Source: Mobula hypostoma
Lineage: Eukaryota
Assembly (NCBI RefSeq): GCF_963921235.1
Contig: NC_086108.1
Coordinates: 38,690,001 to 38,754,000 of the forward strand
Reading direction: 5' to 3'
Length of the DNA stretch: 64,000 nt
Part shown: positions 12,960 to 26,115 of the stretch, piece by piece
Layout: each line of letters opens with the position of its first letter
Position numbering within the stretch: position 1 is the stretch's first letter
Translations under genes and position numbers: made by a program
Notes under the pieces: generated by a model
Told to the model about the DNA's origin: nothing
What the model saw: only the letters and a program-made list of their open reading frames with translations
The model's database searches: none

Positions 12960-13855
12960 TAGGTGAAGAATCCTACCCAACGTCCCCCACTTTCCACAGA
13001 GATCTCGATACACGACTCCCTTGCCCAATTATCACTCCCTACAGATCTCCATCAAGCAACCGTGCCAATTGCTACACATGCCTCCACATTTCCTCTTTCA
13101 TCACCAGTCAGGTTCCGAGACAGTCCTTCCAGTTGAGTCTGTCGAGGTCACTTATGTTATCTCATGCATCCTCCTACATCAGCAAGACCCAACACATATT
13201 GGGGGGAAAATCGCTTTGTTGAGCTATTTTGCTCTGTCACTTGCAACAACCAGAATCTCCGAGTAACCCAGTGAACACCCATTTCAATTCCACTTCCCAT
13301 TTCCTCCACTACTGGCACAAATGGGCTAGAAGTGGTGAGAGGAGCAACATCCCATATTCTGTCTGGATTGCCTCCAACCTGATGACATGAACATCAATTT
13401 CAATAACTTCCAGTAACCACTCCCTTCTGCTCCTCCCCCCCCCAACATTTTCACTCTCCCCCATTCTGGTGGCCCTCCCACTGCTCTTCTCCTCTCCACC
13501 CCATGACATGCCTATCAAGGCTCTCTACTTCCCCACCTTCTTCCCTTTATTCCACGGTTCAATGTCCTTTCCAAACACATTTCTCCTTCTTCAGTCATTT
13601 TTCTCTTCTACCATCACCTCCCAGCACATCATCCCTTCCGCCATCCACCCAATTTCCCCAACCACCTGATCTCACCTATGACCTGCTACCCTGTCCTCCT
13701 TCCCCTACCTCCACCTTCTTAGTCTGGCTGCTGCACCCTTCCTTTCCAGTCCTGATTAAAAGTTTCAACCAAAATATTGACTTTTGTTTCCTTCCATGGA
13801 TGTTGCCTGACCTGCTGAGTTCTGCCTGCATTTTGTGTTCATTGCTTAAAATTCC
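12960..13855 (+). mobile_element. Old Penelope-like element remnant (GIY-YIG end, pyrimidine-rich 3' UTR, decayed hammerhead near 13749-13782)
   Basis: CYTCLHISS..PRQSFQ and nucleotide similarity (GCCTCCAACCTGATGACATGAACATC) to the young PLE at 40294-41842. Confidence 0.75.
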
Positions 13856-16800
13856 CTCTTGAAAACAGGTTCACCCTCTTGGAAGCAGTCGGGACAGAAG
13901 ACACTGGCAGTCTGAGAGGTGGACAGGTCCGCGAGTCAAAAATTGGCGCTGAAGCAAAGCCGAGGAGACGGACATCAGGCAGAGCCGTGGTAGTAGGGGA
14001 CTCCATAGTGAGAGGTACAGATAGGGGTTTCTGCGGCAACAGGCGGGATTTAAAGATGGTGTGTTGCCTCCCTGGTGCCAGGATCCAGGACGTCATGGAC
14101 CGATAGCAGGGCATCCTCAAGGGTGAAGGGGAACAGCCGGAAGTGGTAGTGCATGTTGGCACAAATGACGTCGGGAGGAAGTGGAAAGAAATTCTGCAGC
14201 GTGACTTCAGAGAACTCGGAAGAAGGCTGAAAAGCAGGACCTCCAGGGTGGTCATCTCTGGTTTGCTTCCAGTTCCTTGTGCTGGAGAGGACAGGAACGG
14301 GGAGATAGGGGATCTGAATGTGTGGCTAAGGAGCTGGTGCAGGTAGCAGGATTTAGATTCTTAGACCACTGGAATCTGTTTTGGGGTAAAGATGAATTGT
14401 ACAAAAGGGACGGGTTGCACCTTAACAGGTGGGGGACCAGCATTCTGGCAGGCAGGTTTGCCACAGCTACACGGGTGTGTTTAAACTAAGTGGGGGGGGG
14501 GGCATGAACTGGAAATATAAGGATGGAGTTAAAGGGAAAGAGAGAATATGAAAAGTTAAGGAAGACAACAGAATTAACGGGGCGGAAGCTCAGGAAGGGA
14601 TCAGAGGTTATGGCCAAGTGCAATAGGAATTGATGTGAAAGGTGAGGGGAGTAATGGATTAAAAGTATTATATATGAATGCACGAAGTATAACAAATAAA
14701 GTGGATGAGCTTGAGGCTCAGTTGGAAATTGGCAAGTATGATGTTGTAGGAATAACAGAGACATGGCTGCAAGAGGACCGGGGCTGGGAAATGAATATTC
14801 AAGGTATACATCCTATCGAAAGGGCAGACGGGTTGGCAGAGGGTGGCTCGGTTGGTGAGGAATGAAATTCAGTCCCTTGCGAGGGGGGACATAGAATCAG
14901 GAGACGTAGAGTCAGTATGGATAGAACTGAGAAATTGTAAGGGCAAAAAGACCCTAATGGGAGTTATCTACAGGCCCCCAAACAGTAGCCTGGATATAGG
15001 GTGCAAGTTGAACCAAGAGTTAAAATTGGCATGTCGCAAAGGTAATGCTACAGTTGTTATGGCGGATTTCAACATGCAGGTAGACTGGGAAAATCAGATT
15101 GGTACTGGACCCCAAGAAAGGGAGTTTGTGGAGTGCCTCCGAGATGGATTCTTAGAGCAGCTTGTACCAGGGAGAAGGCAATTCTGAATCTAGTGTTGTG
15201 TAATGAACCAGATTTGAAAAGGGAAATCCAGGTAAGAGCCACTAGGAGGTAGTGACCACAATATGATAAGTCTTGATCTACAATTTGAGAGGGAGAAGGG
15301 AAAATCAGAAGGGTCAGTATTGCAGTTGAACAAAGGGGACTATAGAGCCATGAGGGAGAAGCTGGCCAAAGTTGACTGCAAAGATACCCTAGCAGGGATA
15401 ACAGTGGAACAACAATGGCAGGTATTTCTGGGAATAATACAGAAGGTGAAGGATCAGTTCATTCCAAAGAGGAAGAAAGATTCTAAGGGGAGTAAGGGGC
15501 GACCGTGGCTGACAAGGGAAGTCAAGGACAGTATAAAAATAAAAGAGAAATATAACATAGCGAAGATGAGCCGGAAGCCAGAGGTTTGGGAAACTTTTAA
15601 AGAGCAACAGAAGATAACTAAAAAGGCAACACGGAGAGAAAAGATGAGGTACGAAGGTAAGCTAGCCAAGAATATAAAGGAGGATAGTAAAAGCTTCTTT
15701 AGGTATGTGAAGAGAAAAAAATTAGTTAAGACCAAAGTTGGGCCCTTGAAAACAGAAACGGGTGAATTTATTATGGGGATCAAGGAAATGGCAGACGAGT
15801 TGAACGGGTACCTTGGATCTGTCTTCACTAGGGAAGACACAAACAATCTCCCAGATGTAATAGTGGCCAGAGGACCTAGGGTAACAGAGGAAATGAAGGA
15901 AATTCGCATTAGGCAGAAAATGGTGTTGGATAGACTGATGGGACTGAAGGCTGATAAATCCCCTAGGCCTGATGGTCTGCATCCCAGGGTACTTAAGGAG
16001 GGGGCTCTAGAAATCATGGACGCAATGGTAATCATTTCCCAATGTTCTATAGACTCAGGATCAGGTCCTGTGGATTGGAGGGTAGCTAATGTTATCCCAC
16101 TTTTTAAGAAAGGAGGGAGAGAGAAAGCAGACCAGTTTAGCCTGACATCAGTGGTGGGGAAGATGCTGGAGTCAATTATAAAAGATGAAAGAGTGGCACA
16201 TTTGGATAGCAGTAACAGGATCAGTCCGAGTCAGCATGGATTTACGAAGGGGAAATTTTTGAGGATGTAACTATGAAAATGGACAAGGGAGAGCCAGTGG
16301 ATGTGGTGTACCTGGACTTTCAGAAAGCCTTTGATAAGGTCACACATAGGAGGTTAGTGGGCAAAATTAGGGCACATGGTATTGGGGGTAGGGTACTGAC
16401 ACTGTTAGAAAATTGGTTGGCAAACAGGAAACAAAGAGTAGGGATTAATGGGTCCCTTTCAGAATGGCAGGCAGTGACTAGTGGGGTACTGCAAGGCTCG
16501 GTGCTGGGACCGCAGCTATTTACAACATACATTAATGATTTAGATGAAGGGATTAAAAGTAACATTAGCAAATTTGCAAATGACACAGAGCTGGGTGGCA
16601 GTGTGAAATGTGAGGAGGATGTAATGAGAATGCAGAGTGACTTGGAGAGGTTGTGTGAGTGGGCAGATGCAGTTTAATGTGGATAAATGTGAGGTTATCC
16701 ACTTTGGTGGCAAGAACAGGAAGGCAGATTACTATCTGAATGGTGTCAAGTTAGGAAAGGGGAAGTACAATGAGATCTAGGTGTCCTTGTTCATCAGTCA

Positions 16801-17487
16801 CTGAAAGTAAGCATGCAGGTACAGCAGGCAGTGAAGAAAGCTAATGGCATGTTGGCCTTCATAACAAGGGGAGTTGAGTATAGGAGCAAAGAGGTCCTTC
16901 TGCAGCTGTACAGGGCCCTGGTGAGACCACACCTGGAGTATTGTGTGCTGTTTTGGTCTCCAAATTTGAGGAAGGACATTCTTGCTATTGAGGGAGTGTA
17001 GCGTAGGTTCATGAAGTTAATCCCTGGGATGGTGGGATTGTCATATGTTGAAAGATTGGAGCGACTGGGCTTGTATACACTGGAATTTAGAAGGATGACA
17101 GGGGATCTGATTGAAACATGTAAGATTATTAAGGGATTGGGACATGCTAGAGGCAGGAAACATGTTCCTGATGTTGGGCAAGTCCAGAACCAGAGGCCAC
17201 AGTTTAAGAATAAGGGGTAGGCTATTTAGAACGGAGTTGAGGAAAAACTTTTTCACCCAGAGAGTTGTGGATCTGTGGAATGCTCTGCCTCAGAAGGCAG
17301 TGGAGGCCAATTCTCTGGATGCTTTCAAGAAAGAGTTAGATAAAGCTCTTAAAGATAGTGGAGTCAAGGGATATGTGGAGAAGGCAGGAACGAGGTACTG
17401 ATTGTGGATGATCAGCCATGATCACAGTGAATGGTGGTGCTAGCTAGAAGGGCCAAATGGCCTACTCCTGCACCTATTGTCTATTGT
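13856..17487 (+). mobile_element. Near-full-length CR1 LINE with SGNH-esterase ORF1 (13879-14489) and disrupted ORF2 (APE endonuclease plus RT)
   Basis: AVVVGDSIVRG / VVVHVGTND / DGLHLN esterase motifs; LYMNARS..GITETWL endonuclease; RT motifs; CTATTGT tail; same family as 9118-11594. Confidence 0.93.
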
Positions 17488-17603
17488 TTCAAACATCAAC
17501 ATCCTCACTATATGCTGGAACAAGCTAGAGTACATAAACTGCTGTTAAATTTATTAATCCATTGAATTCTTCAGATAAAAAAAACAAGTACTTAAGTTCT
17601 TAC

Positions 17604-18831
17604 CACATTTTCTTTTCTGGAGTCGTTTTCCACCTCCATTCAAGCTTCTTGAAGTGGTCTTCTTCACCACATTTAACTTTGGACTCGGTTGTTCAACACA
17701 CTTTGGCTTTCTTTTATTGGTATGAACACCTTTTTCACATGCATTGTTAGACAAATATTCTGAACTTTTTCTCTTTCTGCTTGGTAGGGATGACCTGTTA
17801 GCAAGTTTAGGACTTCTGTTTTCAGCTTTCGTCTCTACATCAATAGTAGACCTTGACCGTAAACGAGAGTTGACCTCAACAGACTGATTGTTTGAAAGTT
17901 TAACTTTGCTCTCTAATCTGCAATAACCTACAGATGTGTTCTTGTTGTCTGTGGTAGTGAACACAGGAAGCAACTTAGTATGAGCAGTGGACTGATGTTC
18001 TTGTCCACAAGCCTGTGAATTCTCTGCAAGATCAGTCGTTTTAGAATATACAAAAAAGGTTAATCTTGACTTAGCTGGTTTCAATTCTTCCACATTTATA
18101 ACAGGTGATCCAAGCTCTGACATAGACCTTGGACTACTTTCTGGCGACAAAGAACTTTCAGATTTCAAATTTTCAATAGAGGAAGCTTCAACAGACTTTG
18201 ACGAAGGCTGATTCATAGACATCTTTGCATCTTTCAGAAATTGTTCTGGTGATAGCACTGCTGACTCAACAATTGATTCAGCATCTTCATCAGGGACATA
18301 ACTGTCATTTACAAAAGAATCGGGGCTTAAAATCCGCCGTTTGTGAATAGGAGTTTGAGGAGCAGAAGCACAAAGAAAACTTAGTGGTGTTTTATTCAGT
18401 CCAGTCTTCAAAACTTCAGATGTACACAATTCATCAGTCTTTTCCTCATTTTCTAGTCTCCCATCTTTCTGTAATGGCATTCCTCTACCTTGATGGATAG
18501 AGAAGGAACCAAATCTTTTAAGTGATCGTGGAGTACAATTTTCAAGTTCTCTTATTTGACCGGTCGGTAATATTGGTGATATGTGCATTATATCAAAGTT
18601 AGCATAGTCCAAAGCATCCACGGGATGAAGGGGAGGAACTCTTTTGCCAACTGGTCTGAGATTTTCACATGGCTGAAGAGGACTTAAAGGTCGACTTCGA
18701 CCCATTTTCATAAACTCCTTCTTCTGTGGTATGATGATCGTCTTGCTGCCAATTGATGCATTCCTTTTTTGTTTCGACCGAACAGTATTTTCCAAAACCT
18801 TCTTGCCTTTAATTGATTCCCAAAGGCTTCG
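17604..18831 (-). CDS. ASPM: ASPM coding exon 3 (1228 nt, S/T-P-rich disordered region)
   Basis: Starts RSLWESIK; contains RPLSPLQPCEN, RRILSPDSFVNDSY, LSPEQFLKD, KRKSSEY; AG 18833-18832, GT 17603-17602; phase 0->1. Confidence 0.93.
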
Positions 18832-19159
18832 CTATAGAAGTAAACTAAATATTTACACCTCAAGCAAGAAAATATGGCTTTAAACTATTTTAGTCAGATA
18901 TATTAAAAATTGATTAGGATTATTGATATTGCACACATAACCAAAGACATTTTAGAATTATGATAAATCTTTTTTGTAGAATATATATGAGCAGCACATG
19001 ACATCCACACCTACCATGATGTCAGTCTACCCCATTGCACCTGCCTGCATGGCATCTGTATCCCTTTATTCCTTGTATGTCTAAATACCTCTCAAATATT
19101 GCTATTGTATCTGCTTCTACCATCTCCCCTGGCAGCACATACCAGGCACCTCCCATCCA

Positions 19160-19623
19160 GGCAGTTCCATCATGGGCAATGGCCTCCCCAGTATCAAGAA
19201 CACCTTCAAAAGATGTTGCCTCAAAAAGGCAGCATTCACTATTTAGGTCACCCATCACCCAAGACATGCCCTTTTCTCATTGCTACCGTCAAGGAGGTGG
19301 TGCAGGTCCTGAAGATACACACTTAACATTTCAGGAACTTCTTCCCTTCTGCTATCAGATTTCTGAATGGACAATGAACCCAACCACAGGAGCATACTTC
19401 ACTCAGCCCAACACAGAATTGATTCCACAATCTATGGGCTCACTTTAAGGGCTCTACAACTCATGCTCGATATTTTTTCTTCTTTTATTTTTGTATTTGC
19501 ACATTGGTTGTCTGTCCGTCTGTTTGTGTGCAGTCTTTCATCGATTCTATTGTTTCCCTCTGTTTACTATGTATGCCCACAAAAAAAATATAGACTGGGA
19601 TAATAAAATTACTTTGAATCTTT
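19160..19623 (+). mobile_element. Degenerate Rex1/Babar-like LINE 3' end
   Basis: Similar to the 3' end of the Rex1 copy at 57288-58673; AATAAAA.TTACTTTGAA tail. Confidence 0.6.
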
Positions 19624-19635
19624 GAAAGTACTTTG

Positions 19636-20042
19636 ATTCAGCATTTTCATTTGATGTAATTTGATCATTTCCAAACGTGTTTTATCTCTCTGTACTGTTG
19701 GTTGAGGGGAATGGAGTCATCGACACTAAGGTTTTCTTCTTTTCCATTTTTAAGTTGTTAGTTTTGCCCAAGTCTTTTAGTTTAGTTGATCAATTTTGTT
19801 TTTCTTTGGGGATGGGGTTTGCTTTTTTTTTTGTTTTTTTTTCTTTTTCATGATTTTTCTTTCCAGTTTTTTTTTGCTTTGTATTATCCGTGGTTAGTCC
19901 TACATGATTGGGAGCTTTATTAATTTACACTATTTGGTTTTGCAATTACTTTTTTAAGTGTAACAATATATCTCCTACTATTTGTATTATTGCTATGTTT
20001 TGTTTCTATATTTTGAAATTAATAAAAAGATTTAAAAAAAAA
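19636..20042 (+). mobile_element. 5'-truncated poly(A)-tailed retroelement 3' end (L1/Tx1-like)
   Basis: T-rich body, AATAAA then A-tract; flanked by 12-bp direct repeat GAAAGTACTTTG (19624-19635, 20043-20054). Confidence 0.55.
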
Positions 20043-21321
20043 GAAAGTACTTTGTTCATCACACTTGTGACATTCCTTTGTAAATTTGGCTAGTCATTTA
20101 CACAAAAGAAAACAGGTCTTTTCAAATCAGTCAATTATGAAGTCTGAAATGTCTGCAGATGTGTGCACTAATACATCCTAACTATTTTTTGGAATTGTTT
20201 CTGGTCCTATCACACAGCCGAAACAATATTCATGCAACAATAAAAACATGCATTTGTGTAATATTAACAAGTCTTAAGAGCATAATCTAACCAAATCTGA
20301 CACCTGACCATGAAGTGAGAGAGCAGGCAAAAGATTGATTCAAAGGTAGGCGAGTTTCAAGTAAGTGCAGAAAACAGAAGCAGAAGTTCCAAGTGAGTAC
20401 AGGGGCTACGAAACAAATGCTAAATCATTAGCACACCCAAATAGTTGGGTAGCTGCTCATTGTTTTTCAATGAACTTCATTCATTTGAAAAATTCTTTGG
20501 GATATACCAAGATTGTAATAAGAATGACAAATGCAAATGTTTCCCTTCCAAGCCAACTTTCAGTTTTTATCGGAAATATTTGGAACTCAGAACTTGTCTA
20601 TCCTTCAGCTCTTTGTTCCTCACAGCAGAATTTAGAATTATTGGCAGCTTACCATCAAAAGGACAATCTCAATTTAATTACCAGTAGCAAGCCCTCAACA
20701 GCAAAAATTGTTCGGGGAAACAACATCTAATTTGAAAGGAAATTCAGAGGACAATGGGTTGTTGATTCACCAGCAGAATGGAAGACAGCAGTGGGTAAGA
20801 TTATTACCAAGGGAATTGTTGGCAAGACCAGAGTTGTTTTGGTTAAAGTGTGCAGGAGGGCACTGACATGAGCCAGAATAAAGCTCTGCTAAATGATAGG
20901 AAACACATACTGTAGATAGAGTTACGATTTTATCTGAAGCATTCAATTTTAAGTTACGGAGGAAGAAATGAACTAATAGAAAATGAACATTCACTTATTT
21001 GGGAGACGTGGGAGAGCCCAGGGAGAAATAAAGTATTGGCAAGAATCTGAAGTGTTAGGTGAAATCCACAGACATATAAATACAAAGGAAGTGCATGCTA
21101 AGACCAACTACAAAGACCCTAAAGTACAGCATGGCACAACATATAGTAATATGGGCTTTGGAAAAAAGATGAACTGTAAGGAAAATCATAGATATTAATA
21201 CTAGATATAAATTAATACAAGACCCCAAAACAATATATTTGAGTCGTAATAAGGAAAAATAATGATGATGTTAAAGAATGCAATATTTTAACTACCTTGA
21301 CTGTGAAAGACAAATTCTGAC

Positions 21322-21462
21322 CTTTTTTTTGGGTGGGTCTTCTGCTTTGCCCAAAAGAATGCAGAGGACCTTCACACAACCAACACTAAACGTCACTGTT
21401 TCTCGGACTCTTCCAGCTTCCACTGGCGCCCAAGTTATGAAAAGATAATACCTCCCTGCTGG
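21322..21462 (-). CDS. ASPM: ASPM coding exon 2 (141 nt, ASH domain)
   Basis: PAGRYYLFITWAPVEAGRVRETVTFSVGCVKVLCILLGKAEDPPKKK; AG 21464-21463, GT 21321-21320; phase 0->0. Confidence 0.92.
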
Positions 21463-22339
21463 CTGTGAAAGTGAGTACACATTTTAAAAGACAAATTAAC
21501 ATTTTTAAAATCTGATTTCTGGCACAGTTTAAACATTTGAGATATCTATATTAATGTCAGTATCTGCAATAATACATAGCGGCCTGGATCTTTCATCAAG
21601 TCTACACTTAATCCAAGATTGGGTGGAAACTTGGACCTTAATGAGATTTGGAAGGGCAAGTCTCTCAGGTCATTCTGCCATTGGATTCCACAAGATTATT
21701 GTAAAGTTGGAGAAGAAACACCTTTTAGATCTAAGCCAAAACCACTCTTTGTTCCCTGTATACTTTCAACTTATTCTTATTAACAAGACCATCAACTCCC
21801 CTGTGATTTTTTTGCAACTTACCTACACACAGTTGTCAATTAACCAATTAACAAAAGGAAATACTTTCTTGAAATTCAAGGTATAAATGGGATTGATCAA
21901 GATTCCCCTCCAGTAGCACCTTCCAACAAGTTTCTACCTTCAGAAGAGCCAAAAATATGATTGGGGAAAAGAAGGATACTTAGAGGGATTAGAAGAACAA
22001 TGAGGGCACATGAAATATCATTAGCTGATAATGTTAATCAAGATCTCAAAGCATTTTACAAAGGAAGGAGAAGGGCTGATTTAGTGGTGTCAAGAGTTGC
22101 ATGCGAGGTCTTACTTCTCAGCAATGTTTACAAAGGAGAAGGGTACTGTGGGAATCAGTGAAATTCTAGAACCTGTGTCTACAACAATTCTAGAACTAAA
22201 CTGGTGATAGAAACCACCTTAAGCTCTGACAGTCCATCCAAGTATTATGGGATGAAGTGTTCCAGAATTTAAATCCAGTCACCAGAGAAGAATGGCAATA
22301 TATCTTGATGGTTTGAGTGTGAGAGCCCTTCCCTCACAC

Positions 22340-22409
22340 CAGGGGTTCCCAAACTTTTTATATGCCATGAACCCCTACCATTAACCAAGGGTTTCGCTGG
22401 GAAACCCTA
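22340..22409. mobile_element. Tiny hAT/Charlie-like MITE remnant
   Basis: CAGGGGTTCCCAA...CTGGGAAACCCTA imperfect terminal inverted repeats. Confidence 0.45.
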
Positions 22410-23415
22410 GTTTACACCCACCACATTTAACCTCCTGTCTTGCCAGGAAAGTGCATGATATTGCACCCTACTTTGTAGATTGGACCACTATTGGTGACGG
22501 AGAGAGTAAACTTTGAGTGGAGGAAAGGACATCAATTAAGTGGCTCCCTTTAAGATCCTTCTCTGGATTACTATCGTACAGATATTGGAAATGCTGTCGT
22601 TAGTAACTTCCACACCATACCTTTAAATGCATAGTTTCATTTAGCATTAAAGGCATTTTACTCGTGGAATATTCAAACAAAGTTTAAACACAGATTACGA
22701 ACTCCAGGCATTACATCCGATTCGACATTTTAATTTAAAGATAATGACAATTATAATGCAAAAAGCTCAAAGAATTATAGATCTGTACAGAGACGGCTGG
22801 AGCCTTGGTTAACCAACTCTTTGATGGATTATCAAACACATAGGTGATGGTGAGTGTGACTTGGTGCCATAGCACGGGCAGACCAATCAGGAACGCAATG
22901 GAGTATTACATTTAGACCAGCAAATAGGGATCTCTAAATCGAGGATGAGCTTGAAACGGCAAAAAATACCGTCGTCGGGATGGCTGGGCAAAGGACATTG
23001 CCAAAGAGGATATATCCAAACTTGATGACAGCCGGGAGATGAAGTCCAGAACCCATCTCAGGGTGGACATGATGTAAACAAGCAGGTCTGTCTGAAGATG
23101 GCCAGGGAGAGTGATGGAGAAGATACTGTAGTTCAGACACATTACATTTTGGAGGTAAAGATAATGTTGGCTTTGGGATTCCCGATTTTCAGATGGAGGA
23201 AATCTCCGCTCTAAATCACAAGTGATTGAATCAGGTACAAGTAAAACGTTTAAAAGACACTAAACTGGTATATGATTGGGAGAGGTTTCGAGAGATATGG
23301 AACAAACACGGGCAAATGGGACAAGTGCAGATGCATGGACCAATTGGATAGATTGCCCCTTTTCCGTGCTGTATGACTGACTCGTGTCCCCAGCCGAAGA
23401 GAGGGCCATCCTTAC

Positions 23416-23685
23416 CTCGATCACAAACTCCCGTTCATTCACTGCAAAGCCCTTGGAGCTAGGGAACTTGTCCACCGTCACCAGGACTGGTACACTCTCA
23501 GGATTTTCCACGGCCAACCGCTCGGTCTTGGCATAACCTGTCCTCACCGTCTTGAAGCAGACGAATGGAGTCCGGGCAAAGTGAGTAAGTGTGAGGACGG
23601 GGACATCGTCCTCCTCCTGGGACCCGCGGTAAGGCTGTCGCCTCGGCCCCCCTGCCGCAACGGGACTTTGAACAAGCGAATCCAT
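23416..23685 (-). CDS. ASPM: ASPM coding exon 1 (ATG at 23685; 270 nt; start of ASH domain)
   Basis: MDSLVQSP...VPVLTLTHFARTPFVCFKTVRTG...LAVENP...KGF; GTAAG donor 23415-23411; lies in CpG-rich island. Confidence 0.92.
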
Positions 23686-23754
23686 CCGATGCGGCTAAAG
23701 CTCCGCCGCCACCGCTCCAAACCACTCGGTCTCACCTCACCGCCGCCCTCCGCT

Positions 23755-24005
23755 CAGTTCAAACTTCCAGCTGCAGCCAATCGCCCGCCGCCATCCGCCA
23801 CGCACGTCTCCAATCAGACGCCGAGAAACAATAGCCAATGGCGACGAGGATCCTCCAAGACGTGCCCACTCCTCCTCTCCCTCCCCAACGCGACCTCCGA
23901 CAGCGTCGCCCAATCGGCACCGCGTATTCCACGGGCGACCAATCGGAGGCGGCACATCCAAAATATTATTTTTCAAAAGCTCAAGGCATCGAGTGGATTT
24001 AAATC
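23755..24005 (-). promoter_or_regulatory. ASPM promoter: CpG island with CHR element and five CCAAT boxes
   Basis: TTTGAA on the gene strand at 23763-23758; CCAAT at 23777, 23810, 23835, 23910, 23939; CpG-rich ~23370-24070. Confidence 0.8.
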
Positions 24006-25599
24006 GTGTTTCTGCGGAACCCTGGCATCCGGCGGTGCAAGGGGGAGGGTCGCCCTGGCGGGTGCATGGAGGACAAAATGATCACTGCTGTGTCAACTCT
24101 AATTGTTGAATTTGGTGGTGTATTATTTTTAAGGGGCGATTGTCCTAATAGGTTAATCATAATCCCCAATAACAAGAACTAGTTTAGCCGAAAACACGCT
24201 ATACTGTTGTGAAATGAAATGCAAACGACAAATGATGTGTGTTAGTTATTTCATTTTCTAAGTACGACGGGCAAAGGTTAAATAAGGCATAACATTGCTG
24301 AAAATGCGCTGCTTCAAGGGGCATCTGTGGAGGGAGGAACGGAGCTCGAATCCATACCAGTTCACGTTTTTATTCGCTGACGTAGGTGTCTCCTGTGATC
24401 GTGCTATACACACTCGGAAATTTTCCTAAACCGCTCCAGTTCATGCGTGTCGGTAATGTCAGCGCTACTGGAAGGGAAGTCCAAGCTGAAGAAATAATAT
24501 ATTTGTATTTAGATGGCGTTGGTAGGTACAATTAACTGCTCCTGTTCCAGAGATATGAGCTGCAATGTTCTACAGTGTAGGATCCTGTGAATACTGCACA
24601 GCGCAGGGAGGGGAAGGTGTAATTTTAAGAGCCTCACAACATGCAAAGGACAAGATTTAACAAATGTAATTGTAATAATCCGGTTTGCAATACGAGTTCA
24701 TCAAAATCCAGTCTTTCAAGCTGGTTGGTTTGGGCTTTTTAAAATTATTACAGTAGCTTCAGCAGATATGCCGGCGCACTCCTTGCTTGGCCTTGTAAGT
24801 AATGGAAAGGGTTCACGAGGGGTGACACTGACTCTGGTCCCTGCGGCACAAGCTTTATGGAGCTGGTTCAGTTCAGTGACATGGAAGGCTCTGGGATGCT
24901 GGTTGTAAGTGGCATAAAGTTCAAAGTAAATCTATTATCAAAGTATATATATGTCACCAGAAACAACCCCAAGATTCATTTTCTTGCGGGCGTACTCAAT
25001 AAATACATAATAGAATAATAACTATAATAGAATCAATGAAAGACCGCACTAAACTGGGCGTTCGATCAGTCTGCAAGAGACACAAACTGTGCAAATACTA
25101 ATTAAATAAATAAATATCGAGAACACGAAAAGCAAAGAACTGGCTAGAGAAAATATCGTGTTGGAGGTATCTTATAATTTTGATTAATCCATGATAATTT
25201 ACTTATTTATGAAAATAAAAAAATGGTAACATATTAAATTCACATGTATGTGGTGAATAAAAACATCTGGAACCAAGTTGAATGAGCCTTAAAACAAAAC
25301 CGACCACAGAAATAAAAGTGCCAACTGGCATTCTGTGGTTTAGTCTATGGATATTTGGTGCTTATTGTACAAAAAGAACTGGTAAATGTTTCTCAAACAA
25401 ATACAAACGATCAGAACATCTAATAAACTTTTTATTGCATCCACTCATGAGAACATGGGCTCAGCTTATATATGTTTTGAGTTCACCAGAAAATTCACTG
25501 TACCATTCAGTGTGTTTTTGAGTTACTGCTCACTGAATGCAGAGAAATAAGCATGAAATGAATTTTTCAGGCAAAATGTCAATTATGGGTTAATAGACA

Positions 25600-26115
25600 T
25601 ATCCTGTCTCACTGCTGCCATCAGGAAGAAAGTACAAGGGCCTTAGTCCCGCACTCCCAGATTCAAGAAACGTTCTGATGAAGCATCTCAGTCTAAAACG
25701 TCAACTGGTTATTCTTTTCCATAGATGCTGCCTGACCAGCTGAGTTCCTCCAGCATTTTGTGTGTGTTACTCTGGATTTCCACCATCTACAGGGTTTCTT
25801 GTCTTCAGAAACAGTTATTACCCTTCAACCATCAGGCTCCTGAACCAGCATGGACGACTTGACTCACCTCAACTCTGAACTTATTCCACAAGCTATGAAT
25901 TCCCTTTCAACAAGTCTACAACTCATGTTCTCAGCATTATTTATTATTTTTATCTGCACATTTTGTCTTATTTTGCGCATTGGTTGTTTATCAGTCCTTA
26001 TGTATTTTTTCATTAATTCTATTGTATTTCTCTGTTCAACTGTGAATGTCTGCAAGAAAACATATCTCAAGCTAATATATGGTGTACTTTGACAAATTTA
26101 TTTTGAACTTTGAAA
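25600..26115 (+). mobile_element. Rex1/Babar-like 3' fragment interrupted by a short PLE 3'-end insert (~25673-25803)
   Basis: CTGCTGCCATCAGGAAGAAAGTAC and TTTGAACTTTGAA tail; insert starts at a decayed hammerhead CTGATGAAGCATCTCAGTCTAAAACGTC. Confidence 0.6.

Noticed and set aside
9118..17487. Two similar CR1 blocks as a local segmental duplication
   Set aside because: Different 5' truncation points, independent indels and unrelated flanks indicate separate insertions
23581..24081. 166-aa plus-strand ORF over the ASPM promoter
   Set aside because: Expected by chance in a GC-rich island; overlaps exon 1 antisense; no recognisable protein
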